This document shows positions 23,328 to 64,000 of a DNA stretch of 64,000 nucleotides, one piece after another (positions within the stretch are counted from its first letter, which is position 1; each line of letters opens with the position of its first letter). The notes beneath the pieces were generated by a model. That model had not been told where the DNA came from. It saw nothing but the letters and a program-made list of their open reading frames with translations, and ran no database searches. Source of the stretch: Eledone cirrhosa (taxonomy: Eukaryota); contig OZ024741.1 in the NCBI GenBank assembly GCA_964016885.1, positions 297,290,001 through 297,354,000 of the forward strand, in the 5' to 3' direction. A program made the position numbers and the translations under genes.

Positions 23328-23564
23328 TGTCAGAAGAGCAAGATTTATGTTGTTTGGTAAATCTTGCTTCACCATGAAAGACAACCTTAATTAAAAATAT
23401 CCTGTTCTCAAATAAATGACACTCTACTAGCTGCATGTTAGTGTCGAGTTAACGAGATGATGTTGGACTGAACAACAACAACGTTATAAGTCACAGCAAC
23501 TTTTAATGTGGGCAGCTGGTTTTGGTCATACAAACAGGAGTTCTGTTCTCTGGTAACATTGTTA

Positions 23565-60560
<36,996 letters not shown>

Positions 60561-61464
60561 CCTGCTATATTTAGAACTGCAAAAAACAAACAAAAAAAAA
60601 ACCTTTTAAATAGAACTATAAACAAAACAATTTTCTCCACTCTACCCTATCATTTGCACACACACACCCCTCACCAAGGATCTGGTTTTCATTTCCACTT
60701 ACATCACTCCCAGCTGTGTCTGTCTCTTCATTAAATCCTTTTCACACTCATTCCATCACACCTTTCAGCCAATCCCTTTCATCCTTCCTCAACACATGAC
60801 CCAACCATATCATTCTATTTCTCTTCCCAACATTCATCACTGACATGACAACCTAACCATCCCATGCCTGCTTGTATATTTTAACATAAACAAATAAAAT
60901 ATATATATATAAAGAATAAACAAGTGTATTTAGAAAAAATCTTTTTTTTCTCCCCTGTACTCATATTTATAAAGAATTATTTTCTTTACGTTTCAACTCC
61001 AAATTCTAGTTGTCTTTTGCAACCAGTATAGAAAAACATATTTACCAAAATTAGAATCAACAATAAGCTAACTGTACAGCTCTTCACAAAAATATAGTAG
61101 TTTTTAATTTAGGAACAAGGACAACAAGATGGAGGGAGGGGAAAGTCGATTACATTGATTCCAGAACAGGACTGGTAGTTTGGTTTATCACCCAAAAGAT
61201 AAAGTTGACCTTGGCGAGATATAATATAGTATTAACTACAATATGTCTAAATTTAAAGAACTAAAAAAAAGGAATGATCATGGTTGGAACGTCAGATCAT
61301 AGAACTGTTGTATAAGGGATAACTCTAGGCTAATCAGCGGCAACAAAAACGTATCTTTTAAACTTTTTTAAAGTAGTGAGGACAAGAGAAGCAGTTTGGC
61401 AGAATATATTGAGAATTGGTTTAAAAACAGTCACCACTAGATTACAGATAAGTTATTGGTTACA

Positions 61465-61523
<59 letters not shown>

Positions 61524-63439
61524 TCGATTTAGATAATTTATCTACCATATTAAGCAGGGCAATGGTAACTCATGTTTGGGTACCTAGGCTCTCAAGTCCT
61601 TTGAGCCTTCTCTGGCACTTCAATCTTTCTTCCCACTACAACAAAGAGAAAATTCATATGCTCCTAGTCCCTGCATGATCCCTAGACCTCAACCAAGTAG
61701 TCTTTATGAATAAAGAATTGCGTTAGAGGTAATAGTAATGTAACCAAATTCTTAAGGGCAGTGGATTGGAATTATCGTTGGAACGTCGAACAAAATGCTT
61801 GCGATCCCGCCAATGTTAACTTCTCTCATATTTTTACGAGGTTGATAAAATGAAATACCGATCAAGTACCAGAGCCGATATAATCGAGTTTCCCCTTCCC
61901 CCAAAACCTGTTGGACTCATGCTTAAATTAAAAATAATTATTATTATCACGGCTCTTTATGTTCTACATTCAAATCCAGTCGAGGTCAACTCTGCACTTC
62001 AATCTTCCGGGTTCAATACACTCGACTTTATCCTCTCCTTAAATGGCTGGCTTTGTACCTAAACTAGAAACCATTATAACTTAAGTCGAAGCGATAGTCA
62101 GGATTCATCAATCTGTAAGGAATACTGCTTGACAGACAATTTTAAAGAAATGGTTGTAGTTAGTCGTCGTGACTAAACGATAATTATTAGGGATATTCTT
62201 CAATTAACATTGACTTAAATATTAGTGCCAAAACAACCGTCTAAAAAAACCCACGTTTTGGCATAAGACGTTGAGAGAATATGGAAATAAAAATGCAAAA
62301 CTATCACAAAATGTGATTAACAAATAAAACGAAATTCAATTAAGATATATTTAATTAGCAAAAGATTCACTTTATTTCCAAAGGTAAACAGATTTACTTC
62401 GAAAATCCCCCAGAAGTTTCAGTTTCAAAGATAACCTGTTTTGATTTAGATACAATATTTTAATGGGAGTGTTTGACAACCAGGAACTTTACAAGAATAA
62501 TAAAATTGAATGTAAATCTAATATAATGGGAAAAACCAAGATTTCATTAAAATTAGGGTGGAAGGAATCATGAAAAAAAAAAAAAGAGAAATAATTTATT
62601 ATAAATTCTAACAAACTGCGAAATTGATTTATTACGAAAAAAAAAAAAAAAAAAATCAAACCTAAATTTAAAATTTGTAGTATAAATAAAAAAAAAACAA
62701 TCTGTCTTCGGATTAAAATAGTAATTTTATGCTCAAATATTCTCCGAAAATGTTAAAAAAAAAAGAACAAAAAACATGGAACTAGAAATAGACCCTCATT
62801 TTATGGTCAACTCAGTGTTGGCATCTGGGGTGGATGATCAACATAGCCACCCCATAGGTAAGGTATAGGGCTGCTTCAGGAGAATAACTGTTGCAGATTG
62901 ACTAGTTATCATTCGTTTTAAGATCAGACAAATTCTGGTAATTTCCGTAAGAGGAAAAAATTGACAACAGTTTGATACAATCGGCAATAATCGTAAATGA
63001 AATTAAAAGTGAAAAGAAAGTGAACGTTGCCGAGTGTATTTTCTATATAATAATTGTTTCTACTTTAGGCAGAAGGCCAAAATTTCCCAGTGCATTACTG
63101 GTACTTTATTTTATCGACCCCGTAAGGATGAAAGGCAATGAGAGATGATTTATAAATAAACAGGTGTAGATATTACGTGATCATTATATATATATATATA
63201 TATATATGACGTGTGCGTGTGTGTTTATATGTTTATGTATAAACGTGTGTGTATGTAAATATGTGAGTATATGAATTACTATGAAAAAATAAGTATTTTC
63301 AGAGAAAATGAAGTATGAAACTGAAAAATGTTTAAAATCAAGTGAATTAATATCAAAGAAAATGGGTAAAAATTACTTTAAATGGTATTAAATCGAGTGT
63401 GGCACATTTTAAAAATAGCATTAATGTACATAAATGTAT

Positions 63440-64000
63440 TGTGTGTTGATGGAATCAACGACGAACCTTTACGAAGATTACCGGAAGTTGTCTGTAACGT
63501 TAATACGAAGGATTTACCTGGCAGATGTATTCATACTGGATTCATTAATGATAAAAGCAGCTGAAATGTTGCCGGAGCAGGGCGGAAGACGAATTCTCAG
63601 TTAGTTTCTCCAATCTCCCTTCAATTACTCTAACACTAACGATAGTAAATTACAATAAAACAAACATATATATCCCTTATTCCCAGAATGAAGTGGCGAA
63701 TTAAGGGTGGGGCTGACTTGACTGTAGCCACAGACCCTCAATGTTGAAAGGGACCCAAATTATTTATTTATTATTATAATTTTTTTGCTACCATAAATAT
63801 AATGAAATATTGAACCACAGGCACCGTGGTGCTTAATCCGCCCCAGTCCCCAGAAGCAGAATACTTGGATGAAGTTATTAATGTAAATGTTTTCTCACCT
63901 GAGAGTGTATGGAAGGCGGAAAGTGTAAAAGGGAAGCGATGTCGAGAGCTCGAAAGTTAAGGTAACGACGGTAAGGCCGACCACTTATAGGCGTTCGACG
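63440..64000. promoter_or_regulatory. Candidate CUL2 promoter / non-coding first exon region
   Basis: Local rise in CpG content, ETS-like CCGGAAGT (63481) and GCGGAAG (63582), minus-strand donors CAG|GTAAAT (63518) and CAG|GTGAGA (63899). Confidence 0.4.

Overview
AT-rich, intron-rich animal genomic DNA. The SINE/RTE repertoire and the huge (TA/TACA)n array suggest an octopus or other coleoid cephalopod (inference). Two genes are convergent. The + strand carries the last four coding exons of the Obg-family GTPase GTPBP10 (2366-5469). The - strand carries a complete cullin-2 gene (20 coding exons, 60560-23565, 737 aa reconstructed by hand), whose first coding intron is a U12-type AT-AC intron. 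Just past the CUL2 stop is a ~9.5-kb alternating purine-pyrimidine array with an internal ~1.65-kb duplication; all the long 'YIYI' ORFs are artefacts of it. Introns and intergenic DNA hold CR1-like and RTE LINE copies, tRNA-derived SINEs and piggyBac-type MITEs. There is also one apparently intact minimal hammerhead ribozyme and three palindromes centred on degenerate hammerhead cores, which resemble Penelope-like elements. All coordinates and alignments were read by eye; no searches were run.
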